Source: Nitrospirales bacterium
Lineage (GTDB): Bacteria > Nitrospirota > Nitrospiria > Nitrospirales > UBA8639
DNA length: 64,000 bases
Assembly: GCA_965223295.1 (NCBI GenBank)
Contig: CBDCWC010000003.1
Location: 1,600,001 to 1,664,000 of the forward strand
Reading direction: 5' to 3'
Position numbers and translations under genes: made by a program. Under the pieces are notes generated by a model. The model had not been told where the DNA came from and did no database searches. It saw only the letters and a program-made list of their open reading frames with translations. The stretch's first letter is position 1. The number at the start of each line of letters is the position of its first letter. Shown here piece after piece: positions 28,951-38,623 of the stretch.

Positions 28951-30006
28951 ATGAATGTTCAAGATTTGCAGCGTCATATTATTCAGCAGGGGCTTTCGCC
29001 TCTGTATCTCATTATGGGTGAGGAACCCTATTACCGAGATTACGCTCTCAATCTATTGAAGCAAGCCAGTCAGTATGAAGAAAGGTCTTCTGATCGGGAC
29101 GGATCATCTAACTCTGATGAATCTGACATGTTCCAGTCGGATGTGTTGTATGGGGATGAAACCGATGCATCTGAAATCTTGGGGCTTGCCGAAGAAGTGT
29201 CTTTTTTCTCTCAGCGGCGCCAGTTGTTTGTGAAATGGGCTGAAAAAATATCTGTCAAGGATGGAGAACGGCTCATTCCCTATTTCCAAAGTCCGAACGA
29301 TGCCACCACGCTGGTATTTTCCGCTGTGAAGCTGGATGGCCGCACCAAATGGGTCCAGGTCTTGAAGAAACAGGCGATGGTCGTGGATTGTGCTCCGTTA
29401 TTTGAAAATCAGCGTGCGGGCTGGATCAAGCAGCACGCTCAGCAATGTGGGCTGCAACTAGAAGCGCCGGCATTAGACATGTTGAAAGATCAGGCTGCTG
29501 AGGGATTGTATGCAGTCATGCGCGAATTGGAAAAATTGGTTGCCTATGTGCCGGAGGGGCAATATGTGCGAGTACAGGATGTTGAACTGGTAAGAGGGAA
29601 ACCTCCAGGGATTTCGGTCTTTGATTGGTCCGAAGCTGTTTCGCGGGGAGATCATGGACGTGCGCTGGATATCGTGGCCAAAAATTTGGAGACCGGTGAG
29701 GCGCCATTACGGATGTTAGGCGCATTTTTGTGGCAAATGCGTCGTATATGGAAAGCCGCGGCGCTTTTGCAGGAAGGGAAAGACCAAAAGCAAGTCGCAC
29801 GTCGGGTAGGGATTCCACCATTTCGAGTCAGGGAGTTCATGCAACAGGTGCAACGGTGGCAAGAACCTCGTCTTCGTAGAGCATGGGAAATGTTTGCGCA
29901 TGTAGACTCTGCTTTGAAAGGTGGGAGAGCGTCCCAGCCCAAACTTATTTTAGATGATCTTGTGATGCGATTATGCCAAGGACTTGGACCTCAACCAGCG
30001 AAGTAA
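28951..30006 (+). CDS. holA: DNA polymerase III delta subunit
   Basis: PLYLIMGEEPY, ELEKL, D.ALKG; position after lptE. Confidence 0.9.
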   Translation: MNVQDLQRHIIQQGLSPLYLIMGEEPYYRDYALNLLKQASQYEERSSDRDGSSNSDESDMFQSDVLYGDETDASEILGLAEEVSFFSQRRQLFVKWAEKISVKDGERLIPYFQSPNDATTLVFSAVKLDGRTKWVQVLKKQAMVVDCAPLFENQRAGWIKQHAQQCGLQLEAPALDMLKDQAAEGLYAVMRELEKLVAYVPEGQYVRVQDVELVRGKPPGISVFDWSEAVSRGDHGRALDIVAKNLETGEAPLRMLGAFLWQMRRIWKAAALLQEGKDQKQVARRVGIPPFRVREFMQQVQRWQEPRLRRAWEMFAHVDSALKGGRASQPKLILDDLVMRLCQGLGPQPAK

Positions 30007-30073
30007 GGCGGAAGCTGTCTTTGCTCTCTGTGCCTCGTGGTGTCAGAAGGAGAGAATCTGAATGGTGTGGAGC

Positions 30074-30337
30074 TTAGATTGCGTTCACGCGAGTAGACAA
30101 GCGGGAGATCCAGCGGGAGGCCGTGTTTCGGTGAAGTGTGCCTTTTGTGACAGCCTTATGTAGTTCAGAGGTCGCTTCTCGCAACGAACTTTTTGCCATT
30201 TCGCCATCTTTTTCCTGTATGGATTGCTGAACCTTCTTCATAAAGGTCTTGACCCTTCGTAGAATAGATCGATTGCGTTCCTGTCGGGTCAACGATTGCC
30301 GAGCGGCTTTAATTGCTGATTGATGACGATTGGCCAT
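30074..30337 (-). CDS. rpsT: 30S ribosomal protein S20
   Basis: MANRHQSAIKAARQS..RQERN...KAVTKGTLHRNTASR; GGAGG RBS. Confidence 0.95.
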   Translation of the reverse strand: MANRHQSAIKAARQSLTRQERNRSILRRVKTFMKKVQQSIQEKDGEMAKSSLREATSELHKAVTKGTLHRNTASRWISRLSTRVNAI

Positions 30338-30570
30338 GAATTCCTCCAAAAAAGTAGAAGTTCTTTTTGTACCACAGGATTTCAAATTTGGTCAACTGAA
30401 CGTAACACCCAGGTAGAAAAATTGAAGATCGACGCATGCGGGTTTTGGATAACACGAAAGACCAAATGGGTTGCTTAAACCTGTCGTTTGTCTACCTTTC
30501 TGCATGCTTGCGAGCCTTGAAGCCCTTTGATAAGATTTGCCCCCTTCGATGATCGATCACACGTCTTTGT

Positions 30571-30648
30571 GGTGGGTGTAGCTCAGCTGGTTAGAGCGCC
30601 GGATTGTGGTTCCGGAGGTCGCGGGTTCGAAACCCGTCACTCACCCCA
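30571..30648 (+). tRNA. tRNA-His(GTG)
   Basis: G-1 plus GTGGGTG acceptor, CCGGA TT GTG GT TCCGG anticodon arm, GGTTCGAAAC, CCA end. Confidence 0.95.
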
Positions 30649-30663
30649 TCAATTTTTGCATGG

Positions 30664-31038
30664 TTATGTTCCCCGTCGGGGTTGACTCACCGTTATTGTA
30701 GAATCGGATGATGCCGATGGAGTTGGCTCGGTCTCTGGAGATGGAGTGTGAGGTCCTGTTTGGTCATTGTGAAACAGGCGCTCAGTCACCTTTCCTAATT
30801 TGTGAGCCCGGTTGATGAGCAGGTCTAACTTTTTCACCGCTAATGATAAGCGTTGGGAGGGATCTTGCTGAGAAGGTGACGTAGGCAATAGTGGTGGAGT
30901 AGGGGGAGAGGATTTCATGATAACCTTTACAGCGTACCTTATTCTATCCGACATAGGAGAAAAGGTCATTGAATTATTCCTTCTATTTATGCGAAATTCC
31001 TGCTCATTTTTGAGAAAATTGAGAAAACTAGCTTCCAA
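30664..31038 (-). CDS. Hypothetical protein (start uncertain)
   Basis: ORF only; Pro/Ser-rich with one amphipathic helix. Confidence 0.35.
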   Translation of the reverse strand: MEASFLNFLKNEQEFRINRRNNSMTFSPMSDRIRYAVKVIMKSSPPTPPLLPTSPSQQDPSQRLSLAVKKLDLLINRAHKLGKVTERLFHNDQTGPHTPSPETEPTPSASSDSTITVSQPRRGT

Positions 31039-31113
31039 ACAATCGAACCTGCCTTCTCATTGTATGCGTTAACAAGTAAGCCTTGAGTTCAACAAATTCA
31101 TGGTTCAGGCGCA

Positions 31114-31749
31114 TTGAAAATGGTCACGGCACTAAAAAAGAAACTTCAATTCGCATGGGTAGTTGGCCTTATTGGCACTCTTTTTATGGGAGGGGTGACT
31201 TGGGCAGAGAAAATTGATGCCCGAACGCGGGTCACTAAAGGTACATTGGAATATGGGCTATTAGGAGGTTTTTGGAAAGGGAGTAATATATTTCAGAATG
31301 CGCCCTCATCCAATCGACAAGCCATATATCTCTTACCACAATTAGGGCAAGTCTTCACGGATGAACTTGGCAGCGGTGTGGTGGCGGGAAATGTGGAGCT
31401 GCTTATTGAACCAATGGCTGCGCATTACTATGAACCGTTTAGTGCCTCTGCGTTTGGCGGATCATTAGTCGTGAAATATAATTTTTTGGCTTTTGGCCGG
31501 TGGATGCCGTTTTGGGATGGCGGAGCAGGAATGTTGTGGACTGACCTAGCGCCACGAATTCCCGAGCAGAGCACACAGTTTAATTTCATCTTGCAAACGG
31601 GTCCTGGCGTCTCGTACTTCATCTCAGAAAACTGGGCCATCACGGCCGGTTTTCGATTTCACCACATTTCGAATTCTGGAATTGGCAATCGCAACATTGG
31701 ATTAAATGCGTGGTTGTTCAATTTGGGTGTGTCGTTCTTTTCACCCTAA
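31114..31749 (+). CDS. Acyloxyacyl hydrolase / PagL-like outer-membrane beta-barrel
   Basis: Signal peptide, alternating strands, RFHHISNSG...N.GLN motif, aromatic C-terminus. Confidence 0.8.
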   Translation: MKMVTALKKKLQFAWVVGLIGTLFMGGVTWAEKIDARTRVTKGTLEYGLLGGFWKGSNIFQNAPSSNRQAIYLLPQLGQVFTDELGSGVVAGNVELLIEPMAAHYYEPFSASAFGGSLVVKYNFLAFGRWMPFWDGGAGMLWTDLAPRIPEQSTQFNFILQTGPGVSYFISENWAITAGFRFHHISNSGIGNRNIGLNAWLFNLGVSFFSP

Positions 31750-31762
31750 TGCATGTGGAATC

Positions 31763-32578
31763 ATGACATATCGTTTTGCATCATTTGGAGTGTATGGGGT
31801 TTCTGTGAGGAATGCTCTTCGTCCTTTGAGTTGCATATCGCTCCTCTCTGCAAGCCTCATCTTGGTATTCACATCGATAAATTTCGCCAACCAGGACGGC
31901 CATACTCATCAATCTGACCTTGGTCACAACCATACCATGGCTCCCGGACAATGGGAGGGATCTCCAGAAGGCATCGCGTATTCAGAGTTCAATCATGCAT
32001 TGGCGGGAGTGGGCGTCATGTTAATTGGCCTGACAGAACTACGAACGGCTATGGGGTGGATGGCTTTAGCTTGGTCGCGATGGGTGTTACCAGTTTCATT
32101 GGTAGGATTTGGTATTTTTCTGCTCATCTGGAGCGATCATGAAGCCTGGCCGATTGGTTCCTGGACCTTAGCCGAAACGCTCTCAGGCAAAGATCCAGAA
32201 ATGCTGCAACACAAAATTTTTGGTCTCTTAGCGGTGAGTGTGGGATCGGTTGAATGGTTGCGGCGAGCGGGAAGGTTGTCTCAGTGGTTTTGGAGCGCGT
32301 TGTTGCCAGGATTTGCGCTCATCGGTGGTCTGATGTTGTTTGTTCATATGCATGGCCCCCATCCTGCGGGCCATCAAATTCAAATGCACCACAATATTAT
32401 GGGTTCGCTCGCATTAGCAGGAGGGTTAGCCGGGTTTGCAGGAGAATGGGTGCATCATGCAGCGCAATCCATATCTGCAACACCTCACCCTCAAAAATGT
32501 CGGTCTTGCCTGAAAACCCTCTGGGCTATCGCAGTCATCACTATTGGGGTCCAGCTTCTCTTTTATTCCGAAACATAG
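31763..32578 (+). CDS. His-rich polytopic membrane protein
   Basis: About 6-7 hydrophobic helices with His in or near them (EFNH, QHK, HMHG, MHH); start uncertain. Confidence 0.7.
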   Translation: MTYRFASFGVYGVSVRNALRPLSCISLLSASLILVFTSINFANQDGHTHQSDLGHNHTMAPGQWEGSPEGIAYSEFNHALAGVGVMLIGLTELRTAMGWMALAWSRWVLPVSLVGFGIFLLIWSDHEAWPIGSWTLAETLSGKDPEMLQHKIFGLLAVSVGSVEWLRRAGRLSQWFWSALLPGFALIGGLMLFVHMHGPHPAGHQIQMHHNIMGSLALAGGLAGFAGEWVHHAAQSISATPHPQKCRSCLKTLWAIAVITIGVQLLFYSET

Positions 32579-32975
32579 AGCTGTTTCTGTATTAGCTTTT
32601 TCAGCGATGTTTGGCAGATCGAGACCTTTGGTTCCTCCTGGATCTATCAATGGCTCATCTTGCGGATTTCTTGCAACTAGAATTCATTTACAACTCCATT
32701 TTTCTGCATGTCAGGTTTTAGGTCTGTTTTCCCGATAAGTTCGCCATAAGGTGTCGTTTCAAGTATTGACCTGACTTAGGGGAATATTGAAAACGGTGCA
32801 CTCACTGCGTTCCCCCCAATGGTGAGGTGCTTACAGAAGTTCGCTCTGTGCGCCAAGAGGACTTTGGCTTTGTTGGCGAACTTTCTTGATCGACTAAGAA
32901 GGAATGTTTTTCAGGCCTAATTAGGACAAAATTCAACAGGCTTATTTAGGAATACCGACAGAGAAGAGTAAAGCA

Positions 32976-33455
32976 ATGTACAAAAGTATGGCAGTGGAGG
33001 GGAAAACGGAAATTTCAAGAGTAGCTACCGTTGGAGGGCTCGGTGTGACGCTGGTCCTCGTGGTGGGAATGATGTTGCTAGTAGTGACCGGAGTTGTAGA
33101 AACTCTGGGCTATGAATCTCGGAATATTAACGGGAATGGACTCTCTAGTACAAACACGGGGAGTTCTTTTGGACTTAAATATTTTTATTTTAGCAAAGGT
33201 CAAAAATTCTTTGCGGAATATGATGCTGTCATTCAGAAAGGCTCACTCTTCGTTCATTTGACTAAACTTGGCAGTATGCCGACGGGTGATTCTCCGTACT
33301 CACAGAAAATTTTCAAAAGTGGGAAGGGTACAGTCACATTTCCTATCCAAGAAAATGGGTTGTATAAGATGAGCGTCAGTGGTTCTGTCTTGGGAGCAGA
33401 CTCCAGAGGACGTGGCTATGATATCTCCTATAGTATTCGATGGGGGGTTCGCTAA
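32976..33455 (+). CDS. Hypothetical membrane-anchored beta-rich protein
   Basis: One N-terminal TM, beta-sandwich-like composition. Confidence 0.55.
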   Translation: MYKSMAVEGKTEISRVATVGGLGVTLVLVVGMMLLVVTGVVETLGYESRNINGNGLSSTNTGSSFGLKYFYFSKGQKFFAEYDAVIQKGSLFVHLTKLGSMPTGDSPYSQKIFKSGKGTVTFPIQENGLYKMSVSGSVLGADSRGRGYDISYSIRWGVR

Positions 33456-33974
33456 TTTTTCGTCGTATATTCCTAGCCGTTCCTAGCCGGACCAAATCGT
33501 CATACCTCTACGAACTTGTTAGCAGAGGTGGCTTGTGATGCTCTTGAAGCTCTTTGGCTTTTGAGGAGGGGATGCTGTGTCCAGAGTTTCAGGAACGGAT
33601 GGAGCACTGTCTTGTGCCTGGAGGGTAGCCAGCGCCTGGATCACGGGAAGGGCAGCTTTGAGGAGCATGTTGACAGTGGCTAGAGGAGCAGTCTGGCTCA
33701 GAAATACTACCTCCAGTTTGTTAGTAGATAGGCCAGTCTTGTGGGTCTGGCCTCTGAGGGTCCTGATAGGTCCCTGAGCTTGTGAATTGCCTTGTAAGAT
33801 CTGATGATGACGGGGAAGCCATCCAGAGCGCCCTTCTGGAATTTGTAGATCAGAGCACCATGTGAGTGTTGTCTGTAGGGAACAGGGTAGAATCGATGTC
33901 TGGCGAGACGGCATGGCCATAAGGCCATGCCGTCTCACCAGAAGGTTTAATCGTATGAAACTCGTGATATGCTA

Positions 33975-34172
33975 TTAGGCTAGGGGAGCGTTTTCTCGTG
34001 CGCTTTTTGCCTGCGCACCTAATGAGATAGACACCGTATCCTTGAGGTTTTGTACGGCATCAATAGATGGCGCCGGTGCTTTGCCTTTCGTGGAAAGGGT
34101 AGAAGCATCAATAAGAGGCAATGAGAGTTGAGCGATCGCATTTGCAGCATTGAGGACACCAATTTGTGACAT
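33975..34172 (-). CDS. Small hypothetical protein (65 aa)
   Basis: AAGGA RBS; MSQIGVLNAANA...KDTVSISLGAQAK. Confidence 0.45.
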   Translation of the reverse strand: MSQIGVLNAANAIAQLSLPLIDASTLSTKGKAPAPSIDAVQNLKDTVSISLGAQAKSARENAPLA

Positions 34173-34429
34173 AGAGCGATTCCTTGTGATGATGAAAGGT
34201 TGATGGGACACGACCCAAGTGCTGTGCTGTAGAGAACTATCGGAAGGTGTTGTGGTAACTTGATCGTTCAAACTATTCGTCTTGAGAAAAGAGCAGAGAA
34301 CGTGCAATGACGAGCAATAATCGAAAGAGAAAAGTCAGATTACTTTCCAACAAAGATTGAGATGATGGTATGACTAGAATCGTTCTAGTCCTAGAAAAGA
34401 GATTAGGAGAAATAGCACTCAGGGCTTTC

Positions 34430-34990
34430 CTCCTACTGACTGCTGATCGCGTTGAGAATTATGATAGAGACCGCCAGTGGAGCAATATAACGACGAGAGC
34501 TTGTTAGGAATAATAGATCGTGATGTTGGCGATTTAGCGTTCAGCTCGGGTGCTTCCCGCCGGTACAAGTCAATCGGCAAAAACGATAATAAGAATATTG
34601 CCGAAGGGCAGCACAAGATTTGACGTCATGAGATCAAGCAGATCAAAAAACGCGAGTCACAAAAATGTGACATCAGCCCAGAGATTAAATGACTAGATCG
34701 TGGCAAATCCTAATAGCCATGTATGGGCGTGTTGAATAATGAAGATATCAAAAGCCATATTTCGCCATGAAGCCCTTGGCGATCAACAACCTCGGGTCTG
34801 TTCAAAAAAGTCCGTTCAGCAAGGCCACAGTCATTTTTGCGCGCGGAGCGTCCTCGCACGACGTGAGCACGGAAAAATGGCGAGAACGCTGCTGGCGGCT
34901 TTTTTCAACAGACCCATGTATCTAATCTGGGGTAGACCGACACGGTCACATGCAGGGGGCAGCAGATTTCGGTGATCGGGAATGTCGAAA
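34430..34990 (-). pseudogene. Decayed 3' fragment of an NSS-family transporter paralog, interrupted by MITE copy 4
   Basis: Translates TWLLGFATI*SFNLWADVTFL*LAFFDLLDLMTSNLVLPFG vs TWMLGLGTVWSFNLWADVKFFGLTFFDLLDFITSNLMLPLG in 37084-38448; ends approximate. Confidence 0.85.
34725..34915. mobile_element. MITE family A, copy 4 (191 bp)
   Basis: Ends GGGCGTGTTGAATAA / TTTTTCAACAGACCC; 6-bp ATGTAT direct repeat. Confidence 0.92.
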
Positions 34991-35400
34991 GGCCTTTTTT
35001 GTGTGGGTAGGCTACTGAGAAACTGGCAGAAATTCGAGAGTTAAACTTTGGGCTATCAAGTGTAAGCGGGGCTGGCATAGATATAGGCGGCCTCTTTATT
35101 GTGTCATTGGAGCCAATCCCAATTGGACAATAGCAGTGCTCTCAGTTGGAGCAGGATGACTCAATTTAATGGTGGGCGCCTTTTGGTCTTTTGCAACTAA
35201 CCTATCTAAACTCCATGCTAGTTTTTTGAGCTCGTGAGCACTGAGACGAGCCTTAGTGGGCCTCCTTCCCCTTACTACTTGGTTAGCCAATCAACGCGGC
35301 TGGACTGTCGTACTCGAGACTACAGCCGTCGTTGCCTTCTTTGGTGGGGTGTTGTGGTTGTGGATTCGACCCGAGAGTGGACTAAATAAAACAGGGGCAT
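34990..35400 (+). pseudogene. Probable decayed C-terminal fragment of an MFS transporter
   Basis: Interrupted frames give ...WTIAVLSVGAG*LNLMVGAFWSFATNLSKLHA... and ...WLANQRGWTVVLETTAVVAFFGGVLWLWIRPE, resembling the last MFS helices. Confidence 0.55.
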
Positions 35401-35574
35401 GACTGGTCAATCGAAATCTCATTCAGAGACATGAAAAGAGCGCAGAGCATCAATAGTACAAACTCACCCTAATGAATCTTCCCCATTTTCAAAAGAAGTT
35501 TTTCTCGTTACCCTCTCTTTCTTTGTTTTTATATTCATACTGCTCCCTCATAACATTTTATTCTTACTAGCGAC

Positions 35575-36684
35575 ATGCATGGACAGGACCCAAAGTCCTT
35601 AGCGGTTGATATGCCTATGGCATACATGCCTCAACTCGATAGCTTGAGGGCATTGGCTGCTTTAGGAGTTTTTATGCAACATTTCTTGGATGAGCAGAAT
35701 CTTTTTCGATCTACCGTCCCCCTTGGAGATTTAGGTGTCCGCTTATTCTTTGTTCTAAGCGGATTTCTCATTACCGGAATCCTTCTTCAGGGTCGCGACA
35801 AGATTGAACATTCTGTCAAACCATCAAAAACGATCATTTTTCATTTTTTCATTCGACGTGCAATGCGGCTTATGCCCATTTATTATCTCGTTCTCATTAT
35901 ACTCATATTTTCCCTTGTACCCGATTCCTTTTCCCAACCATGGTGGTTCCTCACGTATCTTCAAAATATCCACTTTGCGCTTCAAGATGGGTTTACAACC
36001 GCAAAACATTTCTGGACTCTAGCGGTCGAAGAGCAGTTTTATCTTTTTTGGCCACTGGTTATATTGTTTGTGCCCAGGGCTTTTCTCTTTTATGCCGTGT
36101 TACTCGCTGTCCTGATGGGCCCACTTTTCCGGCTGCTGATGCTCGGATTTGGGCTTACTCATTTTCAAGGAAGTATGTTAATGCCATCACATTTGGACAC
36201 CTTAGGAATTGGTGGCCTCTTGGCCATCCTGTCTAGAAAAGTCGAGCTAGATAGACTCCAGTTTCACAAAACACTCAACTTCAGTTTTGTTGCAGGTATG
36301 CTCATCCTAAGTCTTGTATTCGTTTCCAAAATGCTTAATGCCTCCTCCTCTATTGAATTCGTTCTTGGTGAACTAGGAGCGGGTTTACTTTTTCTCTGGG
36401 TGATAGGAAGAGCAGCAGAAGGATTTGTTGGACCAGTAGGATTCTTACTCAATCAACCAATCCTGATATATCTTGGGTGTATTAGTTATGGGATGTACAT
36501 CAATCATTTGTTTGTTCCAGACTTGCTTCACCATATTGGCTTGATGGCTCTCATACCTGAGATCGTAAATATCGAGTGGGTACGCTTTCTCCTCTTTAGC
36601 AGTGTTTCCATTCTAATAGCCACGGGCTCCTGGTATATCATCGAAAAACCCATAAATGGCTTGAAGCGCTACTTTCCATTATAA
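35575..36684 (+). CDS. Acyltransferase family 3 (OafA-like)
   Basis: LDSLRALA, GVRLFFVLSGFLIT, RRAMRLMP, HFWTLAVEEQFY, ISYGMY..H, IEKP. Confidence 0.92.
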   Translation: MHGQDPKSLAVDMPMAYMPQLDSLRALAALGVFMQHFLDEQNLFRSTVPLGDLGVRLFFVLSGFLITGILLQGRDKIEHSVKPSKTIIFHFFIRRAMRLMPIYYLVLIILIFSLVPDSFSQPWWFLTYLQNIHFALQDGFTTAKHFWTLAVEEQFYLFWPLVILFVPRAFLFYAVLLAVLMGPLFRLLMLGFGLTHFQGSMLMPSHLDTLGIGGLLAILSRKVELDRLQFHKTLNFSFVAGMLILSLVFVSKMLNASSSIEFVLGELGAGLLFLWVIGRAAEGFVGPVGFLLNQPILIYLGCISYGMYINHLFVPDLLHHIGLMALIPEIVNIEWVRFLLFSSVSILIATGSWYIIEKPINGLKRYFPL

Positions 36685-36759
36685 AACTGACAACACTCGA
36701 TATTTGACAACACCTCTCCTACCTTTTCGACTTGCTGAAACATTGCTTGAATTTCTTAA

Positions 36760-36900
36760 GGGCCCCTCTAAAAACCAGGATTTTTGTGCGAGGGCAAGGA
36801 AGCCACGCGCGGAAAACCGCAGTGTATGGGCCGATACATGAGGATTTGAGCATGTGGCTGACACCGCCATCGCGGAAAAGGACGGTTTTTAGAGGGGCCC
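36760..36900. mobile_element. MITE family B (141 bp)
   Basis: Perfect 17-bp inverted repeats GGGCCCCTCTAAAAACC / GGTTTTTAGAGGGGCCC; TTAA on both flanks. Confidence 0.85.
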
Positions 36901-37083
36901 TTAAATTAATCATGTCAATGCCTTCGGGTCTTTTTCGTCTTTGTGGGAGTGGGGGCTGGGGAACGGGGCAAGAGGATCTGTCGGCTCAAGGATCTGAATT
37001 GGAAGCCAGGGGTGGAGACGAGGTCGTTTGTCAGGACGCGTCGAGATGGGCAGGGTCTCAAAGCTGCATCAGAGGTAGGTGAG

Positions 37084-38448
37084 TTACAGAATCCCGATGG
37101 CGTTGAGAAGGACGATAAAGACGGCCACGGGAGCAATATAGCGAACGAGGGCTTGCCATGTGGCATAAAGGGTGGGGTTGGTTATGTGGAGTTCGGCTTT
37201 TGTGCTTTCTGCGGTCATGAGCCAGCCGGCAAAGATGGCAATGAGGATGCCGCCTAGAGGGAGCATGAGATTCGACGTGATGAAATCCAGCAGATCAAAA
37301 AACGTCAATCCAAAAAATTTTACATCAGCCCAAAGATTAAATGACCAAACCGTACCGAGTCCTAACATCCACGTGGCAATGCCTGAATAGACCGATGCGG
37401 ACATACGTGAGAGGTGAAAGGTTTCAATCAACCAGGTGACGAAGGGTTCAATGAGAGAAATGGATGAAGTCCAGGCGGCTACCAGCAACAGGATAAAGAA
37501 GAGTGAGCCAAATATTGTTCCACCGGTCATATTGCCGAAGGCCACCGGCAAGGTTTGAAAAATCAACCCAGGTCCTGACGAGGGCTCCAGATTATTAGCA
37601 AAGACGATGGGGAAGATGGCCATGCCGGCGAGCAAGGCAACTCCGGTATCCGCGATGGCAATCATGACAGATGTGCTGGCAATGGACGTTTCTTTCGGGA
37701 CATAGGATCCGTAAATCATGATCGTGCCCATACCTAAACTCAGGCTGAAAAAGGCTTGGCCCATGGCCGAGAGCATGCTGGCGCCTGTGAGTTTGCTAAA
37801 GTCTGGAGTAAAGAGAAACGCCAGGCCATTCCCGAAATAGCCTGTCGTCATGCTGTATCCCACCATGAGGAGCAGGAGAAAAAACAGCATAGGCATGAGG
37901 AACTGCACGGCTTTTTCTAGGCCGCCTTGCACTCCGCCCGCGACAATGCTCATGGTAATCATCATAAAAACCGTGTGCCAAATGAAAAGGCTGCTCGCGT
38001 TCCCAACGAATGTCTCGAACGTTGACGCGGCAAATTCGCCAGTGGCGCCGCTAAATGTTCCGGTTATGGATTTAAAAATGTATGCCAGGGTCCAGCCTCC
38101 GATGACGCTGTAATAAGAAAGGATCATGACGCCTGCGATGGTGCCGGCCCAACCAATAATTTGCCACCATTGCCCTGCGTTATTTTCCGTGGCCAAAATC
38201 TGCATTGACCGAATGGGCGTGGATCGGCCACGGCGCCCCAGGAGAATTTCCGCCATCATGAGCGGAATACCTAATGCCGCGACACAGATGATATAAACCA
38301 AGACAAATGCGCTGCCGCCGTTTTGTCCGGTCAAATAGGGAAATTTCCAAATATTGCCTAAGCCCACGGCGGCGCCGGTGGCGGCCAGAATAAAGGTCCA
38401 ACGGGAGGACCATTGGCCATGCATAGATTGACGATCAGGAATGTTCAT
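37084..38448 (-). CDS. Sodium-dependent transporter (NSS/SNF family)
   Basis: WSSRWTFILAATGAAVGLGNIWKFPY, GQAFFSLSLG, GPGLIFQTLP. Confidence 0.95.
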   Translation of the reverse strand: MNIPDRQSMHGQWSSRWTFILAATGAAVGLGNIWKFPYLTGQNGGSAFVLVYIICVAALGIPLMMAEILLGRRGRSTPIRSMQILATENNAGQWWQIIGWAGTIAGVMILSYYSVIGGWTLAYIFKSITGTFSGATGEFAASTFETFVGNASSLFIWHTVFMMITMSIVAGGVQGGLEKAVQFLMPMLFFLLLLMVGYSMTTGYFGNGLAFLFTPDFSKLTGASMLSAMGQAFFSLSLGMGTIMIYGSYVPKETSIASTSVMIAIADTGVALLAGMAIFPIVFANNLEPSSGPGLIFQTLPVAFGNMTGGTIFGSLFFILLLVAAWTSSISLIEPFVTWLIETFHLSRMSASVYSGIATWMLGLGTVWSFNLWADVKFFGLTFFDLLDFITSNLMLPLGGILIAIFAGWLMTAESTKAELHITNPTLYATWQALVRYIAPVAVFIVLLNAIGIL

Positions 38449-38623
38449 GAAAGTGGAGAGAAATCCGTAAGGGTTAGAAGAGTGTAATCAAGGAGCCCTC
38501 AACGTTTCAAGGCTTTTTCATCTAGCCATCGGTTGAAGAGAAATTGAACTTGAGATGTATGCCTTGCTCTGTCTATAGTGCAGGCCTTCTTTTCTCTGCG
38601 TAAAATTGGGGACGACGTAGCCT

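Noticed and set aside
33519-33938. Overlapping ORFs of 66-139 aa
   Set aside because: No recognisable motif or convincing RBS; cannot choose a frame
34419-34616. 65-aa ORF, and the 64-aa ORF at 35096-35290
   Set aside because: Lie within the NSS and MFS pseudogene relics
30630-37080. Prophage or ICE integrated at tRNA-His
   Set aside because: No integrase, phage genes or attR repeat seen
36679-37257. Several overlapping short ORFs
   Set aside because: Derived from MITE family B or antisense to the NSS gene
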